This document shows, one piece after another, positions 30,266 through 39,215 of a stretch of 64,000 nt of DNA. This DNA comes from Candidatus Poribacteria bacterium (GTDB taxonomy: Bacteria; Poribacteria; WGA-4E; PCPOR2b): contig OZ220744.1 of NCBI GenBank assembly GCA_965116925.1, forward strand, positions 960,001 through 1,024,000. The letters are read 5' to 3'. The notes under the pieces were generated by a model. It saw only the letters and a program-made list of their open reading frames with translations, searched no databases and was not told where the DNA came from. Numbering within the stretch: the stretch's first letter is position 1; every line of letters begins with the position of its first letter. Made by a program: the position numbers and the translations under genes.

Positions 30266-31474
30266 ATGAAAAAGGGATTATCAACTTCAAAACCGATGCT
30301 TTCGCACAAATCGACCCTGTTCACCGAATCGGTCATCCGGGGCATGACGCAGCTCTGCAACCGCTATGATGCAATTAACCTGTCGCAAGGGACACCCGGA
30401 TTTGAACCGCCCGACGAGGTCAAGGAAGCCGCTATTGATGCCATCCGCGAAGGATACAATCAGTACAGCATCACTTGGGGAACGCCGAGATTCCGCGAGG
30501 CGATTGCTCGCAAGGTTACAGCGTTTAACGGCATCCCAACGGATCCGGATCTCAACGTTACCGTCACCTGCGGCTCAACGGAGGGCATGATGTCGTCGCT
30601 GTTAGCGATTATCAACCCCGGCGATGAAATCGTAATCTTTGAGCCGTTCTATGAGAACTACGGTCCCGATACAATCATCTCTGGTGCAACACCCATCTAT
30701 GTGCCGCTGCGAGAGACACGCTGCCCGGAAAGAGGCGATATTTTCACCTATGACCCCGATGAGCTGCGAAACGCTTTTAGCCAGAACACGAAGGCCATTG
30801 TTTTGAATACGCCTAGCAATCCGATCGGGAAAGTGTTCACACATGATGAATTGAAAGAGATCGCTGCGCTCTGCTGTGAATTTGACAGTCTCGCTGTGAC
30901 GGACGAGATCTATGAACACATGATCTACGATGAACGTCCACATATCAGCATCGGTTCTCTGCCGGAGATGCGCGATCGAACAATCACCGTTTCGGGATTG
31001 AGCAAAACGTACTCGATGACCGGCTGGCGACTCGGCTACGTGATTGCGCCCGAATATCTGGCAAACGCCATCCGTAAGATGCACGATTTCTTGACAGTTG
31101 GGGCACCACACCCGTTGCAGCAGGCGGGGGTGGTTGCCCTGCAATTGGGGAAGGAGTATTATAGGAAACTGGTCAAAAAATATGATGATAATCGGAAACT
31201 GTTTTCCACCCTGTTGCGGAAGGCGGGGTTTCAGTGTTATATCCCCGAAGGCGCGTACTACATCATGACCGACATCAGCAATTTCGGCTTTTCGGATGAT
31301 ACCGAATTTGCCCACTGGCTTGTGAAGGAGATGGGTGTCGGTGGGGTGCCGGGATCGAGTTTCTATAGCCGTCCGGAACTCGGTAAAACCAAACTGCGAT
31401 TTATGTTCAGCAAGGACGAGGCAACATTACGTGAGGCAGCTGATCGATTGATGCGAATTGGCGAGAAAATTTAG
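30266..31474 (+). CDS. PLP-dependent class I/II aminotransferase (YbdL-like)
   Basis: INLSQG.P, NTPSNP.GKV, DEIYE, SKTYSMTGWRLG; start codon uncertain. Confidence 0.93.
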   Translation: MKKGLSTSKPMLSHKSTLFTESVIRGMTQLCNRYDAINLSQGTPGFEPPDEVKEAAIDAIREGYNQYSITWGTPRFREAIARKVTAFNGIPTDPDLNVTVTCGSTEGMMSSLLAIINPGDEIVIFEPFYENYGPDTIISGATPIYVPLRETRCPERGDIFTYDPDELRNAFSQNTKAIVLNTPSNPIGKVFTHDELKEIAALCCEFDSLAVTDEIYEHMIYDERPHISIGSLPEMRDRTITVSGLSKTYSMTGWRLGYVIAPEYLANAIRKMHDFLTVGAPHPLQQAGVVALQLGKEYYRKLVKKYDDNRKLFSTLLRKAGFQCYIPEGAYYIMTDISNFGFSDDTEFAHWLVKEMGVGGVPGSSFYSRPELGKTKLRFMFSKDEATLREAADRLMRIGEKI

Positions 31475-31495
31475 CCTTCAAATGGAGAGAGTTAG

Positions 31496-32593
31496 ATGCA
31501 GCCCCGCATCGCCGGTTACGATTTTGCACGATCTCTTGCGTTATTTGGACTAGTGGCTGCAAATTTTATCTCAGGTGTTAAAATAGCTGAGTACGGATTG
31601 TACTACGTTAGCCACGCACTGCTACACTCCCTTATGCGAAGCGGAGCTGTTGCAACCTTCTTGGTGCTGGGTGGAGTCGGTATATCGCTCCTGACACAAC
31701 AGGTCCGAGCAACAAACGATGCACATCGAATCGTAGATAATCGAAAGCGATTGATAAGACGCGCTGCGTCCTTATTAGCAGTTGGAATTGGTTGTAGCCT
31801 AATTTGGAACACAAATTTTCTATGCTTCTACAGTGTTTGTATTATTATTGGTGTGCTGCTGCTGACAGTTTCCAATCGTTGGTTATGGTTACTCACCTTC
31901 GTTTTCGTTGCAGTCTTTGTTGTATTCATATCTTTAATTTATGGCTATTTTGACTATTACGATGTCATTCGGAATTGGAAAACGTTTCAGGATAGTGACG
32001 CTTGGACAATCAAAGGTGTGGTCTTTCGTCTGTACTTCAACGGATTTAACTCAATGTTTTCCTGGACGGTTTTTCTGTTGATTGGTATGTGGTTAGGACG
32101 GCAGGAGGTGCACTATCCCAGAGTGCGTAGAGATGTGCTCTTCGGCGGAATCGGCGTTGCCTTGGTTATGGGCGGTGTTTTATGGATGCTGTCTTTCGAG
32201 TTACCACGTAGCTTTCATCCAGCAAGCATTTCGGAGTGGTTGGGTATGGAAAATGCCACGATACTGGCCATATCACTTAGTCTCTTTGCTATGTGTGGAA
32301 TTGCCAGCGCAATCACTGGAGGCAGCCTCATGCTAACCGAGAAATATCCAGATGCAAAATGGATAAAACCGTTCATAGCAACTGGCCAACTTGCCCTGAC
32401 GCTCTATGTTGTCCATTTGGTTATCGGCAGGGGGCTGCTTGAAGTACTTGGGGTTGTTGGAAGTAAAGCACTCCCGTTTGCAATCGGAAGTGCCGCCATA
32501 TTCTGTATCTGCGCGGTCATATTTTCTCATGTTTGGAGAAAACGATTTGAGCGAGGGCCTTTGGAGTGGGGAATGCGCCGAATCACAGGATAG
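31496..32593 (+). CDS. DUF418 family membrane protein, paralog 1
   Basis: RIAGYDFARSLA N-terminus, G.LALTLY..H, W...F.RGPLEW C-terminus. Confidence 0.85.
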   Translation: MQPRIAGYDFARSLALFGLVAANFISGVKIAEYGLYYVSHALLHSLMRSGAVATFLVLGGVGISLLTQQVRATNDAHRIVDNRKRLIRRAASLLAVGIGCSLIWNTNFLCFYSVCIIIGVLLLTVSNRWLWLLTFVFVAVFVVFISLIYGYFDYYDVIRNWKTFQDSDAWTIKGVVFRLYFNGFNSMFSWTVFLLIGMWLGRQEVHYPRVRRDVLFGGIGVALVMGGVLWMLSFELPRSFHPASISEWLGMENATILAISLSLFAMCGIASAITGGSLMLTEKYPDAKWIKPFIATGQLALTLYVVHLVIGRGLLEVLGVVGSKALPFAIGSAAIFCICAVIFSHVWRKRFERGPLEWGMRRITG

Positions 32594-32660
32594 CTTGGGG
32601 CGGTTCTGAACCCCTACTAATTTTGGAATTGACGGGGCGTGTTCAAGCGGGAAAAATCAG

Positions 32661-33764
32661 ATGAACAAGCGTATCGCCGGTTACGATTTTGCTCGATCAC
32701 TCGCGTTGTTTGGATTGGTGGTTGCCAATTTTAGGGGAGAGGTTGAACAAACTGACTACGGGCTGTATCACCTTATCCAGTCACGATTACATTCTCTTAT
32801 ACCAGGAGATGCTGGCACAATCTTCTTGGTGCTAGGTGGAGTCGGTATATCTCTCCTGACACAACAGGTCCGAATAACAAGCGATGCACATGGAATTACG
32901 GATAACCGAAAGCGATTGATACAACGCGCTGCGTCCTTATTAGTGGTTGGTATCTGTTGTAACTTAATTTGGACCACAAATTTCCTAGGCTTCTACAGTA
33001 TTTGTATTATTATTGGTGCACTGTTGCTGACGGTTTCCAATCGCTGGTTATGGTTACTCGCCTTCATGTTCGTCCTCATCTCTGTTGTATTCATTGTTTT
33101 GGTTCACGGCTATTTTGACTATTATGAGTTCCTCCTGAATCGGGACGTGCTTCGGGATACCAACCCTTGGACGGTCGAAGGTATGGTCTTTCGTCTGTAC
33201 CTCTATGGTTTTAACTCGATACTTTCTTGGACAGCCTTTCTGCTGATTGGTATGTGGTTGGGACGGCAGGAGGTGCACCCTCCCAGATTGCGAAGGAATA
33301 TGTTGTTCGGCGGAATCGTCGTTACGCTAGTTGCGGAATGTGCTTTATGGCTGCTAATTTTCGGTGTTTTATGGCTACCGAGTGGCTTTTATCCAACAAG
33401 TATTTTAGAGGGGCGTATAGGCAATATGTTCATACTGATTAATTCGCTTGATCTCTTTGCTAAGTGCGGAACTACCGCTGTAATCATTGGGGGGAGCCTC
33501 ATGCTAACCGAGAAGTATCCAGATGCGAAGTGGACAAAGCCGTTTATAGCCACTGGCCGGCTTGCTCTGACGCTCTACGTCGCCCATCTGGCCATCGGTA
33601 TAGGACTGTCAAAGGTTCTTGAGGTTCTGGAAAATAATGCATATCCATTTGCAATCGGAAGTGCGATTATATTTTGTATATGCGCGGTCATATTCTCCCA
33701 TTTTTGGAGAAAACGATTTGAGCGTGGACCGCTGGAGTGGGGTATGCGGCGAATCACGGGATAG
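32661..33764 (+). CDS. DUF418 family membrane protein, paralog 2
   Basis: Same motifs as the upstream gene; tandem duplicate. Confidence 0.85.
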   Translation: MNKRIAGYDFARSLALFGLVVANFRGEVEQTDYGLYHLIQSRLHSLIPGDAGTIFLVLGGVGISLLTQQVRITSDAHGITDNRKRLIQRAASLLVVGICCNLIWTTNFLGFYSICIIIGALLLTVSNRWLWLLAFMFVLISVVFIVLVHGYFDYYEFLLNRDVLRDTNPWTVEGMVFRLYLYGFNSILSWTAFLLIGMWLGRQEVHPPRLRRNMLFGGIVVTLVAECALWLLIFGVLWLPSGFYPTSILEGRIGNMFILINSLDLFAKCGTTAVIIGGSLMLTEKYPDAKWTKPFIATGRLALTLYVAHLAIGIGLSKVLEVLENNAYPFAIGSAIIFCICAVIFSHFWRKRFERGPLEWGMRRITG

Positions 33765-33831
33765 CTTGAACAAAAGATTACAGGAATTAAAGAGAATCCA
33801 AGCTGCCACCTATTTGTTAAAGCTGCAGCTC

Positions 33832-33911
33832 TGCCTTTCGCTCCAGCGGAGCGATATGTCTATAGAAACGGTGATAGATCTAATGCCTGCACTCCAGAGG
33901 AGTGCAATGTG
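33832..33911. repeat. Double-hairpin intergenic repeat (family D)
   Basis: TGCCTTTCGCTCCAG[C/A]GGAGCGATATGTCTATAGAAA ... CTCCAGAGGAG ... AATGTG; second copy at 42069-42145. Confidence 0.8.
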
Positions 33912-34027
33912 GATAACAGAGATAACCGAGCAATCATTGATTGATATGTGTCAATGTTTTATCAAAGTTGTCACGAAATTTGCACGGGTATAAACTCAAT
34001 CCTATAAAATTGAGGAGGAAAGAGAGC

Positions 34028-34966
34028 TTGAAGAGACATATTTATGCACTTATCACCTTCGTCTGCATTGTTAGCTACTTCGGTTGTGCTGGTGATAAGA
34101 CACCGACGGGTTGGGGGCAAATCGAGGCGGGAACAGAGGCGCACCTGTACGGTGTACACTTTGTTGACGCCAAACGTGGCTGGGCAGTTGGCACAGGCGG
34201 TTTGGTGCTATTCACACAAGATGGCGGTTCGACATGGCTAGTTCGCTCGCCTCAAAGAGCGATTACTCCTAACGCACTCAATAAAGTGCATTTCTCTACT
34301 CCCAACAACGGTTGGTCGGTCAGTATCAGAGGACAGATCCACTATACGGGAAGCGGCGGCAAATCGTGGACGGCACAAAAAAGCAATACGGACAGTGGAT
34401 TGCTCGACATCTATTTTCTAGATGAAACAGAAGGTTGGGCGGTCGGTGGAGGTGGTATCATCCTTCACACGAATAACGGTGGCGGTTCGTGGAGTCGCCA
34501 AAATTCACCGTCGACACCACACCTGTGGGCTGTGCATTTTGCTGATACGAAGCACGGCTGGGTTGTTGGCAAGGAGGGGAAGATCCTTCACACAAATGAC
34601 GGCGGCGGGCTCTGGTATGAACAACAGAGCAAGACCGAGCGATCACTGCTCGGTGTCTATTTTGTCAACCCACAGACGGGTTGGGTCGTTGGAACGGGGG
34701 GATTGATCCTGCATACTACCGACGGGGGTGCGAACTGGCAGTCCCAGAAAAGTGCTACAACGAAAACCTTGCGTGGCGTTGCATTTCGGGATTCCAAGCG
34801 GGGTTGGGCGGTCGGTGAAGATGGACTAATCCTACATACCACCGATGCCGGGGCGACGTGGTTGCCTCAAGCGAGTGGATCGCCAGAGCATCTTCTGGAC
34901 ATCTGTCTGTATAAAGCACACGCTTGGATCGTTGGGTCAAAAGGCACCATTTTACGTCTCAGTTGA
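34028..34966 (+). CDS. YCF48-like BNR/Asp-box beta-propeller lipoprotein
   Basis: Repeats L..V.F.D...GW.VG..G.IL.T.DGG..W; lipobox-like FGC; TTG start after GAGGAGG. Confidence 0.9.
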   Translation: MKRHIYALITFVCIVSYFGCAGDKTPTGWGQIEAGTEAHLYGVHFVDAKRGWAVGTGGLVLFTQDGGSTWLVRSPQRAITPNALNKVHFSTPNNGWSVSIRGQIHYTGSGGKSWTAQKSNTDSGLLDIYFLDETEGWAVGGGGIILHTNNGGGSWSRQNSPSTPHLWAVHFADTKHGWVVGKEGKILHTNDGGGLWYEQQSKTERSLLGVYFVNPQTGWVVGTGGLILHTTDGGANWQSQKSATTKTLRGVAFRDSKRGWAVGEDGLILHTTDAGATWLPQASGSPEHLLDICLYKAHAWIVGSKGTILRLS

Positions 34967-35071
34967 AACTTTGCCCGATATGGTGCAATTTAGATATTCC
35001 AAACCTAACCGAATCGGGCTGCAGGTAGTTTTGACAGTACTATTTATTCCCTTGAATTTTGGGAGGCGTAT

Positions 35072-35623
35072 ATGTATTGGAAATTGTTTTGCTTGTTCAG
35101 CCTCATCCTCTGCTTGCTATCATTTTTCGGATGTTCAGACGATACAAGCGACAAAATGACAGATACCGGCGATGTAAATGAAGATTCATCGTTTCAACTT
35201 GCCCCTAATTTCACGCTGCTGAACACAGAGCTGGAAGAAGTTAGCCTCTCTGATTATCAGGGTAAAGTTGTTATTGTGGATTTCTGGGCGACATGGTGTA
35301 AACCTTGCGAGGAAGAAATTCCACGCTTCATTGAACTATACGCCGAATATCGAGCGCAAGGATTTGAGATGATCGGTATCTCAACGGATGATGTAGAAGG
35401 ACGTCTAAAAAGTATTGAACTTTTCTTTCAGGAACTCAGTAAAGAAGGCTTCGACATCAATTACCCGATTCTTCTAGCAGCGTCCGACGTTATTCAAAGC
35501 TATCAAGTGCCTGTACTACCGTCCGCATATCTTATCAATCGTGATGGAGAAATTGTAAAGGTGTTCAGCGGTGCACAAGAAGATAAAGCAACCTACGAAA
35601 GCGAGTTAAAAAAATGGTTATAA
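35072..35623 (+). CDS. TlpA/ResA family thiol-disulfide oxidoreductase lipoprotein
   Basis: APNFTL, GKVVIVDFWATWCKPC, lipobox FGC. Confidence 0.93.
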   Translation: MYWKLFCLFSLILCLLSFFGCSDDTSDKMTDTGDVNEDSSFQLAPNFTLLNTELEEVSLSDYQGKVVIVDFWATWCKPCEEEIPRFIELYAEYRAQGFEMIGISTDDVEGRLKSIELFFQELSKEGFDINYPILLAASDVIQSYQVPVLPSAYLINRDGEIVKVFSGAQEDKATYESELKKWL

Positions 35624-37047
35624 GAGATGGACTAAATAAAATTCAACTAATGATGGTTTTGGCGGCTGCTCTTATGTTGTGCCTTAGTTGCGGCAGCGAC
35701 GACGAATCTATCGTGGAACCGGATACCTCCGTGGAGCCAGACACATCAACCGGGGAGCCTGATCCTGTTGCTGCAACAGGCAGCCTAAAGGGAACGGTCG
35801 ACAAGATTGACGGTATCTCAGTGGCTATCCGCGTCCTACAAAATGGCAATGCCGTTGCCTCTGCTACAGCGGATGCCGATGGAAACTACCAAATTGATAA
35901 TATTGCACCGGGGACTTATACAGTCGAAATTGGCGCGAAGGGATATGAAACTGCCAAACAAACCGTTCAGGTTAGCGCGGATAAAGTTGCATCGCTGGAT
36001 AGAGCGGTGCTCAAGGAGTTAGAAATCCCCGTTGCCCATATCCAAGGCACCTTATCTGATCGACTAAAGGGAAGTCCCCTTAGCAACGTCCGCGTTCGAC
36101 TTGTTGATGCAGCGGGTAATTCCCGCGAGGTGTTGACGACGCAAACGGGTGCCTATCAATTTGAAAATGTCCCCACAGATCAGCGATTCACCGTCATCGT
36201 CCAGCTTGACGGGTTTGAAAAGGAGGAGTTTTCTGTTGATCCAATCGCAGCTGGCCAAACCACTATGTTGGACATCGCGCTTGATGCGTCTCTCCTTATT
36301 CGCGGGCTCGTACTAGATCAGGTCACGAAAAAACCTGTTGTCAATGTGCGTGTTCAATTAACCGATGGAGCAGGGGCTGTCTTGGAAACAGCAACAACGG
36401 GGTTGGGTGCCTTTGAGTTTGAAGGGGTTACACCGGATCCGCAACTTACGCTTACTATTGAGTCCAATGAACATGAGAAACTCGAATTGCCTGTTGGTTC
36501 CATTGGAGGCGGAACGGAACATTTCGATCTCCAGCTTATTCCGCTCAACCCGGAGCAACTTCCAGAAGGCGATGGTCTTGCTATTGGCTTGAAAGCGCCG
36601 GACTTCAACCTGCCTAATAGTGATGGGGAGATGGTAGCCCTTGCAGATTACGCAGGCGAGCAAAAGGTTGTGCTCGTCTTTGACCGCGGTGGATGGTGAG
36701 GTTCATGCATTGTGCAACTCGGAGAGTTGCAACAAGATTATGCAGCAATTCAGGCGGCGGGGGCTGAACTTCTCGCAATCAGCACAGATAACGCAGCACA
36801 GGCAAAGAAGGCGATTGCGGATGTTAAAAGGCGGGTTGGCGTTGAAATTGAATTTCCGCTGCTTGGAGACCCGGAATTGAAGGCAATTAATGCGTACAAC
36901 GCAAGGGATCCACTAAATCCTCGGATCGCACGTCCCATGACCTACATCATTGATGAGAGCGGGGTTATCCGCTGGAAATTCCTTGATGTGCGCGTTGGAA
37001 ACCGGCTGAAGGGCGATAGGATTGTGGCGGAGTTGAAAAGTTTGTAG
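35614..37047 (+). CDS. Selenocysteine-containing lipoprotein: three carboxypeptidase-regulatory-like domains plus peroxiredoxin-like (AhpC/TSA) domain, TGA at 36697-36699 read as Sec
   Basis: ORFs 35614-36699 and 36712-37047 are in frame. Read-through gives APDFNL...KVVLVFDRGGW-U-GSC-IVQLGEL...ELLAISTD...FPLLGD...RPMTYIIDESGVIRW; a SECIS-like hairpin follows the TGA. Confidence 0.85.
36710..36735 (+). promoter_or_regulatory. Putative bacterial SECIS element
   Basis: TGCAACTC-GGA-GAGTTGCA stem-loop (extendable by TTG/CAA) starting 11-14 nt after the TGA, with G in the apical loop. Confidence 0.7.
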
Positions 37048-37108
37048 GTAGTCAAAGTTCAAATAGGATGAATGATTACTGTCGAGTTTTGAAGGTGAGG
37101 AGACAACA

Positions 37109-37342
37109 ATGTTAAACGTTCAATTTGAAAGTGTGTCTGAAAACCGTGTCTTAATACCTAAGGGGACTCTGGAAAAGCTAATCCAGTTAGCTAGCCAAGT
37201 TGATGAAATTGAAATCAATGAGATATGTGATAAGACGCAAGCAGAACGTGGTTCGCTGCAAGGGATTTGGAAGGGAAGTCAAGTCAGTGAGAAGGACCTA
37301 CTTGATGCTCGCCGTACTCTTTTTACCTATGAGGAGCCTTAA
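37109..37342 (+). CDS. Putative antitoxin of a VapBC-type pair
   Basis: 77 aa, RGSLQGIWKG motif, stop overlaps the PIN toxin start (TAATG). Confidence 0.7.
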   Translation: MLNVQFESVSENRVLIPKGTLEKLIQLASQVDEIEINEICDKTQAERGSLQGIWKGSQVSEKDLLDARRTLFTYEEP

Positions 37343-37640
37343 TGAATTATGTGACTGATACGCACGCAATCGTCTGGTATTTCGCAGACGATCCGAGGCT
37401 AAGTCCAAATGCGCGTCTAGCTTTTGAGCAAACAATAACAGTTGGTGTGATTATTATTCCTATCATTGTGTTGGCTGAGATAATGTACATCTCCCAGAAG
37501 GGAAGAATTTCTATGACCTTTGAAGAAACTCTTTCCCATATTGAGACGTATGAGAATTTTCGCATTGCCGCATTGGACCTTGATATTCTTGGGGTTGCGG
37601 CGAACGTTGGCGGCGATTTAGAAATGCACGATAAACTATA

Positions 37641-39005
37641 CTAAAGTTTAGACAATTTTAATGCAAAAAGGCAGAAAAGAGGTTATCCTTTCAGAAATCC
37701 ATCACAATTTTGAAAGGAGAAGTTATGTACCTCATATTCTGCCTGAATGCTATTTTAACCGATTTTCGTCCGTTATTCAAGTCTCAAAACTTTCATCTGT
37801 TTTGTGTCTTTGTTGTGGGACTTATCACACAGCGCGAAGGTGCGACGCTGACCGGCATTTATCAAGCGGTTCGTCCGAAAACGGGTTACCACTCGCTGGT
37901 GAAGTTCCTTTCGCGTGGCAAGTGGGACGCCGATAGAGTCGGTCACCATCTGCTGAAGTTGTTACAGAGGTGTTTCGATAACTGGGTCTACGTTTACGAT
38001 GAGACGCACGCACGAAAGACCGGCGAGACACAATTTGGACTTCATTTTTTCAGGAACCATCGCTATCACACACGCAACACGAATCAATCGAAGTTTCACC
38101 ATGGTCATCAGTTTGGTGCATTGGGATTACTTTGTAGCACCGTCCACGAGACGATACTTTTTCCGGTGTTTGTCAAGTTGATGTGTCCACAGACAAAGCG
38201 CGACACTAGTGAGTCAGTCCTCAAACGGATGTGCAGCCGCATCCCTGCGGGACTGATTATCTTTGACCGGGGATTCGCTCGACAGAAAGTGTTTGGCTGT
38301 GTCCTTAAAGCGGGACATCACCTGTTGTGTCGTGCCAAGTCGAATGCAGTGTTCTATCGGTTACCTACCGCTGCCAAGCAATCCAAACCCGGCAGACCTA
38401 AGAGATACGGCAAACGGATTCATCTGCCGTATCTGCGGTATAAAACGACTGACATTGACGACAAACAGTATGCCATAGCAAGTATAGTCGCCCGAACCAA
38501 AATGTGTCCACAACCCGTTCGGGTCGTGGTGATGCGAACGCGTGACAAAAGGCGTAAGCCGTTTCGATACTTCTGTGTCTTTACCACTGACTTAACTCTA
38601 GATTTACCGCAGATTGTTCGATACTACCAAAAGAGATGGTTGATTGAGACCGCCTTTCGGGACACCAAGCAACACTTCGGATTTGACACCTATCGGGTCA
38701 AGTGTCGAAAAAGTATCAATCGGTTTGTCCAACTCAGTTTCATAGCCAGTTGCATGACCCAACTGTTATTCGCTGTCACTTCCCATACTGACACGCCGGT
38801 AACCATCGAGCAGGTAACTCAGACATTGGGCATTGATTGGTATCGACCCGCTAAGTTGACACGCGGGTTGATGGTGCGGTATCTACGGACTTTAATGGAA
38901 AACCGATTAGTTTCTGCGATGTTCGGTAAAAACATCAATGCCGACGATATTCAACAAACCCTTGATACGGCTACATCAAGAAAATAAAAATTGTCTAAAC
39001 TTTAG
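37641..39005 (+). mobile_element. Insertion sequence (IS701/IS4-like DDE), 1365 bp
   Basis: Perfect 19-bp TIRs CTAAAGTTTAGACAATTTT / AAAATTGTCTAAACTTTAG; 9-bp direct repeat TAAACTATA at 37632-37640 and 39006-39014. Confidence 0.93.
37725..38987 (+). CDS. DDE transposase
   Basis: YDET...K.G, FDRGF, YY.KRW.IE..FR..KQ.FG; intact ORF with RBS AAGGAG. Confidence 0.92.
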   Translation: MYLIFCLNAILTDFRPLFKSQNFHLFCVFVVGLITQREGATLTGIYQAVRPKTGYHSLVKFLSRGKWDADRVGHHLLKLLQRCFDNWVYVYDETHARKTGETQFGLHFFRNHRYHTRNTNQSKFHHGHQFGALGLLCSTVHETILFPVFVKLMCPQTKRDTSESVLKRMCSRIPAGLIIFDRGFARQKVFGCVLKAGHHLLCRAKSNAVFYRLPTAAKQSKPGRPKRYGKRIHLPYLRYKTTDIDDKQYAIASIVARTKMCPQPVRVVVMRTRDKRRKPFRYFCVFTTDLTLDLPQIVRYYQKRWLIETAFRDTKQHFGFDTYRVKCRKSINRFVQLSFIASCMTQLLFAVTSHTDTPVTIEQVTQTLGIDWYRPAKLTRGLMVRYLRTLMENRLVSAMFGKNINADDIQQTLDTATSRK

Positions 39006-39010
39006 TAAAC

Positions 39011-39116
39011 TATAGTGAATTCAAAAAATAAACAGACACTTTCGCCCTCCACCTGGTAGGCGCTGTTTCCAACTGCGCCGATTTGGAGTGTCTCATTAAT
39101 TCTAAAATCTACTATA
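39011..39116. mobile_element. MITE family C (reverse orientation) inside vapC
   Basis: TATAGTGAATTC ... AATCTACTATA ends with TA duplication; internal GTAGGCGC hairpin. Confidence 0.85.
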
Positions 39117-39215
39117 ATTGTCGCAACTACGCTTTATTTCGATGCCCATTTGATTACCAAAGATGGGCAAATCACTCAAAGCGGAGTTGTAAATACTGTT
39201 TGGTAGACTTAGTGA

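Larger units (their letters stand above)
37342..39206 (+). pseudogene. vapC: PIN-domain (VapC) toxin interrupted by an IS and a MITE
   Basis: YVTDTHAIVW...LAEI...HDKL at 37342-37638 continues as IVATTLYFDAHLITKD...VW* at 39117-39206; reconstructed length 128 aa. Confidence 0.9.

Noticed and set aside
33619..33993. 124-aa ORF
   Set aside because: Overlaps the DUF418 gene end and a family D repeat; no motif or RBS.
34028..34966. YCF48 as evidence of photosynthesis
   Set aside because: This propeller family is widespread in non-phototrophs and no photosystem genes are nearby.
37661..37936. Second ORF in the IS suggesting programmed frameshifting
   Set aside because: The transposase is complete in one frame with its own RBS.
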